Positions 18,585 through 28,141 of a stretch of DNA of 64,000 nt are shown one piece after another. Below the pieces are notes generated by a model. The model saw only the letters and a program-made list of their open reading frames with translations. It ran no database searches and had not been told where the DNA came from. Location: contig CP011210.1 of assembly GCA_001029675.1 (NCBI GenBank), positions 517,663-581,662 of the forward strand, written 5' to 3'. Origin of the DNA: Candidatus Beckwithbacteria bacterium GW2011_GWC1_49_16 (GTDB lineage: Bacteria; Patescibacteriota; Microgenomatia; UBA1400; CG1-02-47-37). Numbering within the stretch: position 1 is the stretch's first letter; each line of letters starts with the position of its first letter. The translations under genes and the position numbers were made by a program.

Positions 18585-19942
18585 AGACTGGCGATTAATT
18601 TTTCCGGAAAACGGCCCTCAAATAAAACCAAGCTTTGGGGGTTGGCTTGGTTTTTGAGTGAAACGATGATTTGGTTAAAATCGGGCGCAAACGAAAGTTT
18701 TTTGGTTTGATCTTTTTTGGCTGCGGCTAAAAATAAGCGGTAAGTGTCTTTTTTGGTAACGGTTACTTGCTTAAAAACAGACAATGACTTATGGGCCAGT
18801 TTCTCATGGATGTCTTTTTTGGCGCTGCCCGTTTCGATGATCCCGGCGGTAACCAGTATTTTGGCCCTGGCTTTTTTGGCTTTGGCGAAGTTGACCGCAG
18901 CCAAAAAACCGGCCGGGTTGGAGTTGTAGCTGTCGTCCAAGATGGTCAGCCCCTTTTCTCCCCGGCGGACTTTGAGAGCGGTTTTAAATGACGGGATGGA
19001 GAAAAGCAGCTTTTTAATCGCCGCCGGTTTCACTTTGAAACGGCGGGCAACGGTGACGGCGGCAGCAATATTTAATTGCTGCCAAGAGCCCAGAAGATTG
19101 GTTTTGAAGGCTTTTTTGGGTTTAGAGTAGAGCCGGACGGGAACGTGATTAGTTTTTTTGGCAAGATCGCGGCAGAACTTGTTGGCGCCGTTGACTACTG
19201 CCAAGCCATTTTTAGGCAGGCTGGCTATGAGTTCGTATTTGGTGGCAAGGAGGTTTGAAAAACTGCCAAACAATCCCAGGTGCTGCTGGTTTATTCCGGT
19301 CAAAACCCCGATTTGGGGGGTAACCAGGCGGCAGATTTTTTGGATTTCTCCCCTTCTGTAGGCACCCATTTCGACCACAAAAACCTGGTGGCTTGGGGAA
19401 AGACGAGTCAAGACGGTTTTGGCCACGCCGACGGCGGTGTTGACGTTGGCCGGCGTTTTTAACACCCGGTAGCGGCCAGCGAGCAGGTGGGCCAAAATTT
19501 CTTTAGTGGCGGTTTTGCCGTAGCTGCCGGTAATGCCGACAACGGTGAGCCGACTGCCTGTCAAGTGGATTTTTATTTTAGCTAAAAAAATTGCCAAATC
19601 GTAAACCAGGCTGGTGGCGGGAGCCAAGAGGGCGACGGAGACGGCGACGCTGACAGGGAGAAGCAAATAAGCCAGCATTGCCGCCCAGAGCCGGTTTTGG
19701 GGAAAAGCGTTCAAAAGGTAAAGAGTAAAGTAAAAGGCAAGGTAAATTAAAAGCCAAACTTTGAGGGTGAATTTGGGGCGGAGTAACCTGTTCGTGGGTA
19801 GGAAATAGGCGCCTGATTCACTGGTAGTTAGAAACTCCCGAAAACGATCGAGGCGGTATTCTTTTAGCTGCCAAAAATAAACACAGCGCAAAATTGCCTT
19901 AAAAACCAAAATGAAATAGATCAGCTTAAAAAAATCGATCAT
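18581..19942 (-). CDS. murF: MurF ligase with N-terminal TM segments
   Basis: GITGSYGKTATKE, NT..G, VEMGA, DDSYNSNP. Confidence 0.88.
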   Translation of the reverse strand: MIDFFKLIYFILVFKAILRCVYFWQLKEYRLDRFREFLTTSESGAYFLPTNRLLRPKFTLKVWLLIYLAFYFTLYLLNAFPQNRLWAAMLAYLLLPVSVAVSVALLAPATSLVYDLAIFLAKIKIHLTGSRLTVVGITGSYGKTATKEILAHLLAGRYRVLKTPANVNTAVGVAKTVLTRLSPSHQVFVVEMGAYRRGEIQKICRLVTPQIGVLTGINQQHLGLFGSFSNLLATKYELIASLPKNGLAVVNGANKFCRDLAKKTNHVPVRLYSKPKKAFKTNLLGSWQQLNIAAAVTVARRFKVKPAAIKKLLFSIPSFKTALKVRRGEKGLTILDDSYNSNPAGFLAAVNFAKAKKARAKILVTAGIIETGSAKKDIHEKLAHKSLSVFKQVTVTKKDTYRLFLAAAKKDQTKKLSFAPDFNQIIVSLKNQANPQSLVLFEGRFPEKLIASL

Positions 19943-20658
19943 GGTTTATTTTCACCAAAAAACTGGGCCAGGCGGGAAGCAACTTTTCTGGGGTGGGCAA
20001 AGGGCAGATCGTGAGTCGCTTCGGGGAAGACCTTTAAAGTGGCGTGGGGCATCAACTGGCGCATTTTTTCTCCGTCTTTTAGGGGAGTCATTTTGTCTTT
20101 GCCGCCCCAAAGGATCAAGGCGCCGTGGTAAATGTGGGGCAGGTGGCGGGTTTGGTCTTCGCGGGTGACTTGGGCTAAAGTCTGCTTCATCAAGGGCGAA
20201 GCGGTAACATAATCAGATTCGTTGGCCACTCGGTAGATTAATTTTTGGGCCGGGGAAAAAAACCGCTTGAAACCGGGAAGTTTAAAAATCAGCTTGCCGG
20301 ATTTAGCCAAAAGCCAAAAGAGGCTTCTTTTGAGACTCACGGGGGGCCTGACGCCGGCGCTACTGACCAAAACCAGTTTTTTGACCTGGTTAGGGTAGTG
20401 ACGGGTAAAATAAATGGCAATTTGGCCGCCGAAAGAATGACCGACGAGGTTGACCCGGGTTAAACCCGAGGCTTTCAAAAATTCCCTGACCCAGTCGGCG
20501 TAGTTGGCGGTATTCCAGGGCTTGCCTATGGGACCAAAAAAGCCCGGGAGTTTAGGCAAGTAAACCTGAAATCCTTTGTGCTTAAGAAAGCTGATCATTT
20601 TTTCCCAGCGCTGACGCTTGCTGCCCCAGCCGTGGAGAATGACGATTGGCAACGGCAT
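19939..20658 (-). CDS. Alpha/beta hydrolase
   Basis: LHGWG, GHSFGG, WGGKD, HD. Confidence 0.9.
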   Translation of the reverse strand: MPLPIVILHGWGSKRQRWEKMISFLKHKGFQVYLPKLPGFFGPIGKPWNTANYADWVREFLKASGLTRVNLVGHSFGGQIAIYFTRHYPNQVKKLVLVSSAGVRPPVSLKRSLFWLLAKSGKLIFKLPGFKRFFSPAQKLIYRVANESDYVTASPLMKQTLAQVTREDQTRHLPHIYHGALILWGGKDKMTPLKDGEKMRQLMPHATLKVFPEATHDLPFAHPRKVASRLAQFFGENKP

Positions 20659-20662
20659 AGTT

Positions 20663-21643
20663 TCAAAACAAACTGATAATGGTTTGGGCCAGAGTTTTCG
20701 GGTCGTGGCGGAGTAAGCTTCTTTTGAGCTTGTCGCTTGAAGGTTTCTGGTAGGCGGAATTTGCCAAGAGCTGTTTTCTGACCACCCGACGGTCGGCGGC
20801 TAAGTCGTCAGCCACCGGGTATTCGCGGTATTTAGCATAAGCCTCGATGATGCTTTGGGGCACAGCCTGGCTGTTGACCACAATGTGGTCTAAGCTTTTG
20901 CCGGCGTAGCGCTCGATTTGGCCAACGTGATGAGAGGCGGCAAAGCCCCGAGTTTGGCTATTTAAAGTCATCAGGTTGACCACGTAGACCAGCTTGGCGC
21001 GGGAGGCCTTGATGGTACTCTTGGTTCCGGAAATAACCAGGTTGGCGATAATGCTGTTGAATAGATCGCCGGGGGCAAAAATGATCACGTCGGCCGAAAC
21101 AATCGCCTCTCTGGCTTCGGGATTGAGGCTGGCCCGGGGCCGGGTGTAAAGCCGGGTGATGGTTTCGTTCGGTTTCAGCTTCTGGGTTTCTATCTGATGT
21201 TCAGAAACGATGGTCCGGCCGGTTGAATACTCGGCGACGAGTTTGACCAGTTTTTTAGACACGGGCAAAACTTTGCCTCTTAATCTAAAGATCTTGGCGG
21301 CGGCGACAACTGCTTCCGGTTCAGAGCCGGTCAGGTCTTCCATGGCGGTTAAGAGTAAGTTGCCCAGATTGTGGCCCTTTAAACCCCGGCCCTTGTCAAA
21401 GCGGTACAACAAGAGTTTACGCAACTGGCCGTTTTCCGGGGCCAGCGCGGCCAAGCACTGGCGCATGTCGCCGACGGGCAAAAAGCCGAATTCGTCACGC
21501 AGCCTGCCGGTCGAACCGCCGTCGTCGGTCACCGGCACGATCGCCGTTAACTCCAAGGGGTATTCCTTGAGGCCAGTCAGAAGTACAAAGCTACCGGTCC
21601 CCCCGCCGATGACCACTACCTTTTTGGGCCTTTTTTTAGCCAT
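20663..21643 (-). CDS. yvcK: YvcK/GlmR (CofD-like) UDP-GlcNAc-binding protein
   Basis: GGGTG, DDGGSTGRLR, GD.R.C, GHNLGN, PG.LF.SI, RHD. Start set at ATG 21643. Confidence 0.88.
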   Translation of the reverse strand: MAKKRPKKVVVIGGGTGSFVLLTGLKEYPLELTAIVPVTDDGGSTGRLRDEFGFLPVGDMRQCLAALAPENGQLRKLLLYRFDKGRGLKGHNLGNLLLTAMEDLTGSEPEAVVAAAKIFRLRGKVLPVSKKLVKLVAEYSTGRTIVSEHQIETQKLKPNETITRLYTRPRASLNPEAREAIVSADVIIFAPGDLFNSIIANLVISGTKSTIKASRAKLVYVVNLMTLNSQTRGFAASHHVGQIERYAGKSLDHIVVNSQAVPQSIIEAYAKYREYPVADDLAADRRVVRKQLLANSAYQKPSSDKLKRSLLRHDPKTLAQTIISLF

Positions 21644-21720
21644 GGCTATATTGTACTTTATGTGGCAAACTTTGTGGTATAATCGCCAATGCTCCTGCCT
21701 AAAATGACGCTTTTTAAAAT

Positions 21721-22266
21721 ATGGCAACTCCTCAGATAGAACTGGACACGACTCAATCGCCGCTGGTTGAAACAATTCACCGGCTGGGATTTCTTTACAA
21801 CGGCTTGATCAATTCTCACAACACCAGAAAATTTGGCTATATCCCAACCAGAGCCGATGGTTATGCTTTTGCGTCGCTACAAGCGAGGGTATCCGATCGG
21901 GAGTGGAAACCGCTGGCGACGTTTGTACTCGGGCCCGAACCGGATAAAGTTGACTTAATCATCGAAACCATATCTCCTAATGAGGGTGAAGTGTCGCGAT
22001 ACGTTGCTTATAACGAGAATGGGGAAATGGTACTTGACTCTGACAACAGCAACCCCGACTACAAAAAAGCTTTCCCTACCCCAAAGGGAGACCTCGATGT
22101 AAAAAAAGCCAAAGCCTGGCTGGAACAGTTCGAGATGGTCAGGTCTAACCAGCTCCCAAAGAGAATCAATATGCCTGGCGTGGTTGAAGAACTTGAAACA
22201 ACTTTGGCTCAAGGAGTCGTGAGCGTCGGTGGCTTCTTTGCTGCGGTTAGAGAGCAAGCAGTTTAA
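21721..22266 (+). CDS. Hypothetical protein (orphan family member 1)
   Basis: 181-aa ORF with an upstream TGgTATAAT near 21674-21683. Confidence 0.7.
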   Translation: MATPQIELDTTQSPLVETIHRLGFLYNGLINSHNTRKFGYIPTRADGYAFASLQARVSDREWKPLATFVLGPEPDKVDLIIETISPNEGEVSRYVAYNENGEMVLDSDNSNPDYKKAFPTPKGDLDVKKAKAWLEQFEMVRSNQLPKRINMPGVVEELETTLAQGVVSVGGFFAAVREQAV

Positions 22267-22900
22267 TTATCTCCCGATGAGAGGAAACAATTTTATCAGC
22301 GGGGACGGCGTCGTTGGGATAGGTACCGGGGTTGTACCAGATCACCGTCATACCGGCCTTATGGGCCGATTTGACCCCGTTGATAGAGTCTTCGATCACC
22401 AAACAATCTTGGGGCTTAACCTTGAGTTTTCTGGCGGTATAAAGGTAAATGTCCGGCGCCGGCTTGCCCCGGCCGGCCACATCCTCGGCGCTGACCACCA
22501 GAGGGAAAAACTTTTTTAGGTCAAACCGGGTCAAAACCATCTTAATCCATGATGGCGGCGATGACGACGCCACGGTCATTTTTAGGCCGCTTAAGGCAAT
22601 TTGTTTAATCAAGTCCAAAACTGCCGGCAGCAGGGCCACTTCCTCTTGATAAACTTGGTTGGCGGTTTGATGGTAAAGCTGAAGAAATTTTTCCTTAGAT
22701 ACCTTTAAGCCGTATTTATCAGTCAACTGCTGGTAAATGCCGTCCATGCTTCTGCCGACCACATCTTCGTCTTTTACCTTGGTGTAATCGACGCCCATTT
22801 TTTTATACAATTGGCCGCGGTGACGATACCAGACGTCTTCGCTGTCAACAATCACCCCGTCCATATCAAAAATCACCGCTTGAAAGTCATTTAGTTTCAT
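22247..22900 (-). CDS. HAD-family phosphatase (CbbY/beta-PGM-like)
   Basis: FDMDGVIVDSE, ASSS, GKPAPD, IEDS.NG. Confidence 0.92.
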   Translation of the reverse strand: MKLNDFQAVIFDMDGVIVDSEDVWYRHRGQLYKKMGVDYTKVKDEDVVGRSMDGIYQQLTDKYGLKVSKEKFLQLYHQTANQVYQEEVALLPAVLDLIKQIALSGLKMTVASSSPPSWIKMVLTRFDLKKFFPLVVSAEDVAGRGKPAPDIYLYTARKLKVKPQDCLVIEDSINGVKSAHKAGMTVIWYNPGTYPNDAVPADKIVSSHREIIKLLAL

Positions 22901-22902
22901 TG

Positions 22903-22915
22903 TGCTATAATAGCA
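22903..22915. promoter_or_regulatory. Symmetric bidirectional extended -10 element
   Basis: Palindrome TGCTATAATAGCA reads TGcTATAAT on + and TGcTATTAT on -. Confidence 0.6.
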
Positions 22916-22943
22916 GAAATTCTTGCCCGCAAGGGCATTTTTT

Positions 22944-23501
22944 ATGAGCGAGTTAGTTGGTCAAGCACCGTTATTTACCAAATTTACCGAATTGGCTAAA
23001 GAGTTGGGATACGATCCAGCGGATAATCAAGATTTTAGGCTAGACGACCCGGAAAGCGACAAAGCCTTTGTGTTTCAACCGAGAGACAAAATCTTATTCT
23101 GGTCAATCATGACCCGGGTGAACGAGAAAGAAGTTCATTCAGTTAGTTTAATTCTTCATGACAGCGCTGATGAAAATTATTTCGGCACGCTGCAGGTCAA
23201 CGCGGTTTTGGGCGAAGACGAAAAATATTATTCTTACCAAGAGATGGATATTCTTATGAACGGATTTTCGCTTTTGTCTCGAGAAGGAAGCAAACATCGA
23301 ACTCTATTTTCCTCTGACAAAAAAAGAGTTGATGAATTAGTTGAAGATGAGAAGGCCTTGCTAAACCAAGCCGGCTTTCTACCCGTTGCTAGTCGAACAG
23401 AAAGGTACGACATGGAAAAAACTGTAGAAAATTTTTACCGGGCAATTGAGGCGAAAAATTTTGGAGTGACGGCGACGGAGATTTTGGTGCCTGCGGCTTA
23501 A
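22944..23501 (+). CDS. Hypothetical protein (orphan family member 2)
   Basis: ORF with ATG 22944 preferred as start. Confidence 0.7.
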   Translation: MSELVGQAPLFTKFTELAKELGYDPADNQDFRLDDPESDKAFVFQPRDKILFWSIMTRVNEKEVHSVSLILHDSADENYFGTLQVNAVLGEDEKYYSYQEMDILMNGFSLLSREGSKHRTLFSSDKKRVDELVEDEKALLNQAGFLPVASRTERYDMEKTVENFYRAIEAKNFGVTATEILVPAA

Positions 23502-23504
23502 TTT

Positions 23505-24038
23505 ATGGGTGAAAAAGAGCGACAAAACTGGCTGGGACGACTGCAAGGGAAACGGGCCTTGAGAAATGTGGCCACTTCGCTAGAAAACAGAATCGTGCCT
23601 GATTTAGGCAAACCGGTCGAGCTGATCAGCCCATCAGGAGACGCCAGAATTGTCTACGAGTCACTCACAAAAGATTCCCCGGCCCAACTGTCTTATCAAG
23701 TCAAAAGCCCTTTTGTGGAAAGTAATGTTTGGATACCCCATTCCAGTTTGGTATTTGAGGGAAGGAGAAAGTTGGCAATTAAGGCAATTCCGGAAGAGGG
23801 AGCTTACGTTTTAACTGACATCATCTACCACCAAAACACACAAACTCTTTTTAAGCCGGGAATTTACGACTCGGCCGAGTCAGGCACGCAAGAAAAAAGG
23901 GCTGAACTGATTGAACTGGGTTTTAGAAGAGAAAATGATTTGCCCCGGGTGATTGACTTTAGCCAAACTGCGAGTGGATTTTTATCAGCGGTTAAAAGCG
24001 GCCGGGTTGAAGCGCCTGAGCTGGTAGCAGCTACCTGA
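23505..24038 (+). CDS. Hypothetical protein (orphan family member 3)
   Basis: 177-aa ORF starting 3 nt after the previous stop. Confidence 0.7.
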   Translation: MGEKERQNWLGRLQGKRALRNVATSLENRIVPDLGKPVELISPSGDARIVYESLTKDSPAQLSYQVKSPFVESNVWIPHSSLVFEGRRKLAIKAIPEEGAYVLTDIIYHQNTQTLFKPGIYDSAESGTQEKRAELIELGFRRENDLPRVIDFSQTASGFLSAVKSGRVEAPELVAAT

Positions 24039-25788
24039 CGGTGACGGATTTGGCAAGGTTCCTGGGCTTGTCGGGGTTTAAGCCACGGGCCACGGCGATG
24101 TCGTAGGCAAGAAGCTGGGCGATGACGGCAGCGGGGATGGCGCTGGCTTCTTTTAAGTCAGGCACTTTAAAATGGACGTCAAAAACCGGATCGTTTTGGG
24201 GGGAAATGCCGATGATCAAACCGCCTCGGGCCTTCAATTCGTGGGCGGCAGAAAGCGAGTCGGTCAAAGATTGGTCTTTGGGGGCGATGACAATACAGGG
24301 AGTGCCCTGGTCGATAAGAGCAATCGGTCCGTGCTTTAATTCCCCGCCGGCGTAGCCTTCGGCGTGGGCGTAGCTGACTTCCTTTATCTTTAAAGCCGTT
24401 TCTAAAGCGATGGGGAAAGAAGTCAATCTGCCGACGGCAAAAATGTCGTCTTCGTCTTTGATTTTGGTAGCCAGCTTCTTGATGTCGGCTCTAACTTTGC
24501 CGGAAAGTAAACCCTGGGTAGCCCGGGCGGCTTGGGCGATTAACTTTTTAGCTTCGTCGAGGTTGCCGTTTAACTGGTAGGCCAGCTGGGTGAGGATAGC
24601 CAGTTTAGCGGTAAAGGCTTTAGTAGAAGCCACCGCCACTTCCTGGCCGGCGCCAAGTAAAATTTTCAGGTCTGACTTTCGGTACAAGGTCGAGCCCAAA
24701 ACGTTGGTGATGCCCACCACGCGCATCTTTTTCTTCTTGGCCAGGTTGACGGCGTCGACGACGTCGATGGTCTCGCCCGACTGGGACAGCATCAAAAACG
24801 CCTGCTTGGGGGTGAGTAACCGGGCAAACTTTTGGAATTCAGAACCGACGATGGCTTGGGCGTCGTAACCGGAGAAATTGAGCAAATATTCGCCAAAAAG
24901 CGCGGCATAGGAAGCGGTGCCGCAGCCTAAAAGAAAAGTTTTGTCGGCTTTTTTGATCAAGCGGGTCACCGATGCGATCGTTCCCGGCGACAGCCGGGAC
25001 AAATCATCCAAAATCTTGGGCTGGTCGTAGATTTCTTTTTCCATGAAGTGGTGGAAGCGGCCCAAGCGACTTTGCTGCGCCTGCCAGTCCAAGCGTTTGA
25101 CTTGGGGTTTTAAGGCTTTGCCCGAGGCGGCGTCAAAAAGCTTAACTTGCCCGGCGCTAATTTGGGCCAGCTGGCCGTCTTCAAGAAAAATGACTCGGTT
25201 GGTGTGGTCGAGAAGTGCCCAGAGGTCGGAGGCGATAAAATTCTCACCCTTGCCCACGCCGATGACCAAAGGCGAGCCGTTTTTGACGGCCAAGAGTTCG
25301 TCTTTTTTGGCGTTTAAAACGATGAAGGCGTTCATGCCGGTAACTTGGTTGAAAGCCACCCGCAAGGCGCGGGCGACCGGCTGCTTTTGGGCCTTGGACT
25401 CGATTAAATGGAGGGCAACTTCAGTGTCGGTTTCGGACAGGAACTTATGCTTTTTGACCAGTTTTTCTTTTAAGGGACGAAAGTTTTCGACAATGCCGTT
25501 GTGGACCAGGCACAGGGTATTGGCGCAATCGACGTGGGGGTGGGCGTTGCCGATGGTCACCCCCCCGTGGGTCGCCCACCGGGTATGGCCCAAGCCTAGG
25601 TTTGAAACCGGCAGTTTGGTTTTGGCTGCGCCGATTTTACCCACATGGCGCTCGCGTTTGATCGTCGTGCCTTTTTTGACGGCAATACCCCACGAGTCGT
25701 AGCCGCGGTACTCGAGCTTTTTTAGACCGTCAAGGACAATCTCGGCGGCGTGATTCTTTTTGCCGATATAACCAAATATGCCACACAT
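24031..25788 (-). CDS. glmS: Glutamine--fructose-6-phosphate transaminase
   Basis: MCGIFG, LEYRGYDS, GHTRWATHG, SQSGET, ELKHGP, PRNLAKSVTV. Confidence 0.97.
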   Translation of the reverse strand: MCGIFGYIGKKNHAAEIVLDGLKKLEYRGYDSWGIAVKKGTTIKRERHVGKIGAAKTKLPVSNLGLGHTRWATHGGVTIGNAHPHVDCANTLCLVHNGIVENFRPLKEKLVKKHKFLSETDTEVALHLIESKAQKQPVARALRVAFNQVTGMNAFIVLNAKKDELLAVKNGSPLVIGVGKGENFIASDLWALLDHTNRVIFLEDGQLAQISAGQVKLFDAASGKALKPQVKRLDWQAQQSRLGRFHHFMEKEIYDQPKILDDLSRLSPGTIASVTRLIKKADKTFLLGCGTASYAALFGEYLLNFSGYDAQAIVGSEFQKFARLLTPKQAFLMLSQSGETIDVVDAVNLAKKKKMRVVGITNVLGSTLYRKSDLKILLGAGQEVAVASTKAFTAKLAILTQLAYQLNGNLDEAKKLIAQAARATQGLLSGKVRADIKKLATKIKDEDDIFAVGRLTSFPIALETALKIKEVSYAHAEGYAGGELKHGPIALIDQGTPCIVIAPKDQSLTDSLSAAHELKARGGLIIGISPQNDPVFDVHFKVPDLKEASAIPAAVIAQLLAYDIAVARGLNPDKPRNLAKSVTVR

Positions 25789-25791
25789 ACT

Positions 25792-27111
25792 TTAGCTTAT
25801 TTTAGCACCTAATTTGACCAGGCGGCCGGCAAAATTTTCGTAGCCGCGGTCAAGGTGGTGGGTGTCGGTTAAGACTGTGGTGCCGGAGGCGGCCAGGCCG
25901 GCCAATGCCAGGGTAGCACCGGCTCTAATGTCAGTGACGGCAACTTTGGTGCCGGTGAGCTTGGTGGGGCCGGTGATTTCCATGCCGTGAAGGTTGCCCG
26001 GCAAATCGTCTTTCAAGTTAAAGTTATAAAACTTGTCCGGCTGCTTAGGTTTAGGATCAAAAAACTCTATTTGGGCCCCCATTCTTTTAAGGTCGGCGGC
26101 AAACTGAAAACGGGAAGTAAAAACGGTTTCGACGATTTTTGATTTGCCTTGGGACTGGGTGGCCAAAACCGACCACAAGGGCTGCCAGTCGGTCATGAAC
26201 CCCGGGTGGGGAGAGGTGGTGACGTCGACGGCTTTTAAGGGACCTTGGGAGTAAAAGCGCAGGCCGTACTTGCCTACTTCAAACTTGCCGCCGGCAGCTT
26301 TGAGTTTGGCTAAGAAAGCAGATAGGTCTTTTTGCCTGGCGTTTTCTAAAACGACGTCGCCGCGGGTGACTAAAGCGGCTAAAGCATAAGACACGGCTTC
26401 GTTCCTGTCGGGCATAACTTGGTGGATGGCGGAACTAAGTTTGGCGACACCGGTGATTTCGATCACCCGGTGAGGTTTCCTTTTGATTTTAGCGCCCATC
26501 TGGTTTAAAAACTCAATCAAGTCGTCGATTTCCGGTTCCAGGGCGGCGTTTTTAAGAGTGGTTTTGCCGGCAGCCAAAACCGACGCCATGATCATGGTTT
26601 CGGTGCCGGTGTGGGAGTTTTTGGCAAAAGTGTATGTGGCCCCGGTAAGTTTCGGGCAGGAGGCGTAAAGCAGATTTCCCTTAATTTTAATGTCGGCGCC
26701 CAGGGCTTTGAGGCCATCAAGGTGCCGGCCTAAGGGCCTTTGGCCGATCCTGTCCCCGCCGGGGAGGGGGACGATGGCCCGGCCGCTGCGGACCAGCAAG
26801 GGGGCGACAAACAGGGCCGAGGCCCGGGAGGCAGTACCCAGTTTCCGGGGGACGCGGGAAGATTTGAGGGACGGGGCGGCTATAAACAGGGTACGCTCGC
26901 CGGCGGAATGGACTTTGGCGCCAAGTGAAGTAATGATTCTTTTAGTCAAGTCAACATCGGCGATGCGGGAAAAGTTTAGAAGCCTTACTTCCTGGGGACA
27001 AAGCAGGGCGGCGATCATCAATTTGAAGCTGGCGTTTTTGGCTCCGCCCAGGCGGACGGCGCCTTTTAAGGGAGTGCCGCCATGGATGATGAGCTTGCCG
27101 TTAGCTTTCAT
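25792..27111 (-). CDS. murA: UDP-GlcNAc 1-carboxyvinyltransferase
   Basis: GAKNA, RAS, LPGGDRIG.RP, PGFMTD, TDIRAG, HLDRGYE. Confidence 0.95.
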   Translation of the reverse strand: MKANGKLIIHGGTPLKGAVRLGGAKNASFKLMIAALLCPQEVRLLNFSRIADVDLTKRIITSLGAKVHSAGERTLFIAAPSLKSSRVPRKLGTASRASALFVAPLLVRSGRAIVPLPGGDRIGQRPLGRHLDGLKALGADIKIKGNLLYASCPKLTGATYTFAKNSHTGTETMIMASVLAAGKTTLKNAALEPEIDDLIEFLNQMGAKIKRKPHRVIEITGVAKLSSAIHQVMPDRNEAVSYALAALVTRGDVVLENARQKDLSAFLAKLKAAGGKFEVGKYGLRFYSQGPLKAVDVTTSPHPGFMTDWQPLWSVLATQSQGKSKIVETVFTSRFQFAADLKRMGAQIEFFDPKPKQPDKFYNFNLKDDLPGNLHGMEITGPTKLTGTKVAVTDIRAGATLALAGLAASGTTVLTDTHHLDRGYENFAGRLVKLGAKIS

Positions 27112-28141
27112 TGATGGTTTTTAACTCCTCGTCGCTAAAGCCGACGGGGACTATCTCTAACTTAAGATTTAGGTCTAAGTTTTTTTTGGCTTTATCTTTG
27201 ACCAGCTTGATCAGTTTAAAAACGTCGCTAGCGGTAGCGGCACCCAAATTTTCGATAAAGCCGGCGTGGCGGTCGGCGATTTGGGCGTTGCCGATTTTGC
27301 TGCCTTTTAAGTTTAATACCTTCTCGATTAAGTAGCCGCCGGAAGAGGTGGGTAACTTCAGGCGTTTTTCGTCCGCCAGAGAGAGGTTTTGAAAGATACA
27401 GCCGGCGGAGCGCTGGGGCTGATTAGCTTTGTGGCGGGCCCAAGCCGTGGCGATGCCTCGAGCTTTATCGATCGGGCCGCGAAACAAACGCAAAGTCACG
27501 GCCAAAACTATATCGCCGGTTATCTTTAAGCGGCTGGTGTCGTAGCCGAAGCTAAAGTAATCGGCGGCAACGCTTTTTTCCTCGTTTTGGGGGGTTAAAA
27601 TGCGGGCGGAAACCAAATAGTCAGAGATAAACTTGGGGCCGCCGTGGGCGTTGATGTAAACCGCGCCGCCGACGGTGGCGGGGATACCGGCAAACCACTC
27701 CAGGCCGGTGACTCCCTGGGATAAAAGTTGGTGGATGGCCCGGGCCAGTTTGACCCCGGAATCGATGTCCGCTAAGACGGCGGGGTATTGGTTTTCATCG
27801 TAGGCGCTTTGCTTGGTGGGAAAGGCTTTTTGACCTTTGATTTGTTCAAAGCGGGGGGAAACCGACGCCAAGGCGACTGCTTCTGGCTGCCGGTCTAAAA
27901 CTTTGATTTGGTTGGTAAGGTTTTTTATCACCAAGCCTTTGACTCCCCTATCGGCTACGAGTAAGTTGCTGCCGCCGCCGAAGATAAACAGGGGCAGGTT
28001 GGCGCTTCTGGCCGTCTTGACTGCGGCAACTAAATCGGGAACGGTTTTGGCGACAAAAAAATACTCGGCCGGGCCGCCGACGCCAAAGGTGGTATGGGCT
28101 GACATGGATTCGTTGCTGGTAACTCCCGCTAGGTCAAGCAT
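27101..28141 (-). CDS. murB: UDP-N-acetylenolpyruvoylglucosamine reductase
   Basis: HTTFGVGGPA, GGGSNLL, GIPATVGGA..NA, SAGCIF.N, HAGFI.N. Confidence 0.93.
   Translation of the reverse strand: MLDLAGVTSNESMSAHTTFGVGGPAEYFFVAKTVPDLVAAVKTARSANLPLFIFGGGSNLLVADRGVKGLVIKNLTNQIKVLDRQPEAVALASVSPRFEQIKGQKAFPTKQSAYDENQYPAVLADIDSGVKLARAIHQLLSQGVTGLEWFAGIPATVGGAVYINAHGGPKFISDYLVSARILTPQNEEKSVAADYFSFGYDTSRLKITGDIVLAVTLRLFRGPIDKARGIATAWARHKANQPQRSAGCIFQNLSLADEKRLKLPTSSGGYLIEKVLNLKGSKIGNAQIADRHAGFIENLGAATASDVFKLIKLVKDKAKKNLDLNLKLEIVPVGFSDEELKTINES

Noticed and set aside
25789-25791. glmS ribozyme
   Set aside because: Only 3 nt separate murA and glmS.
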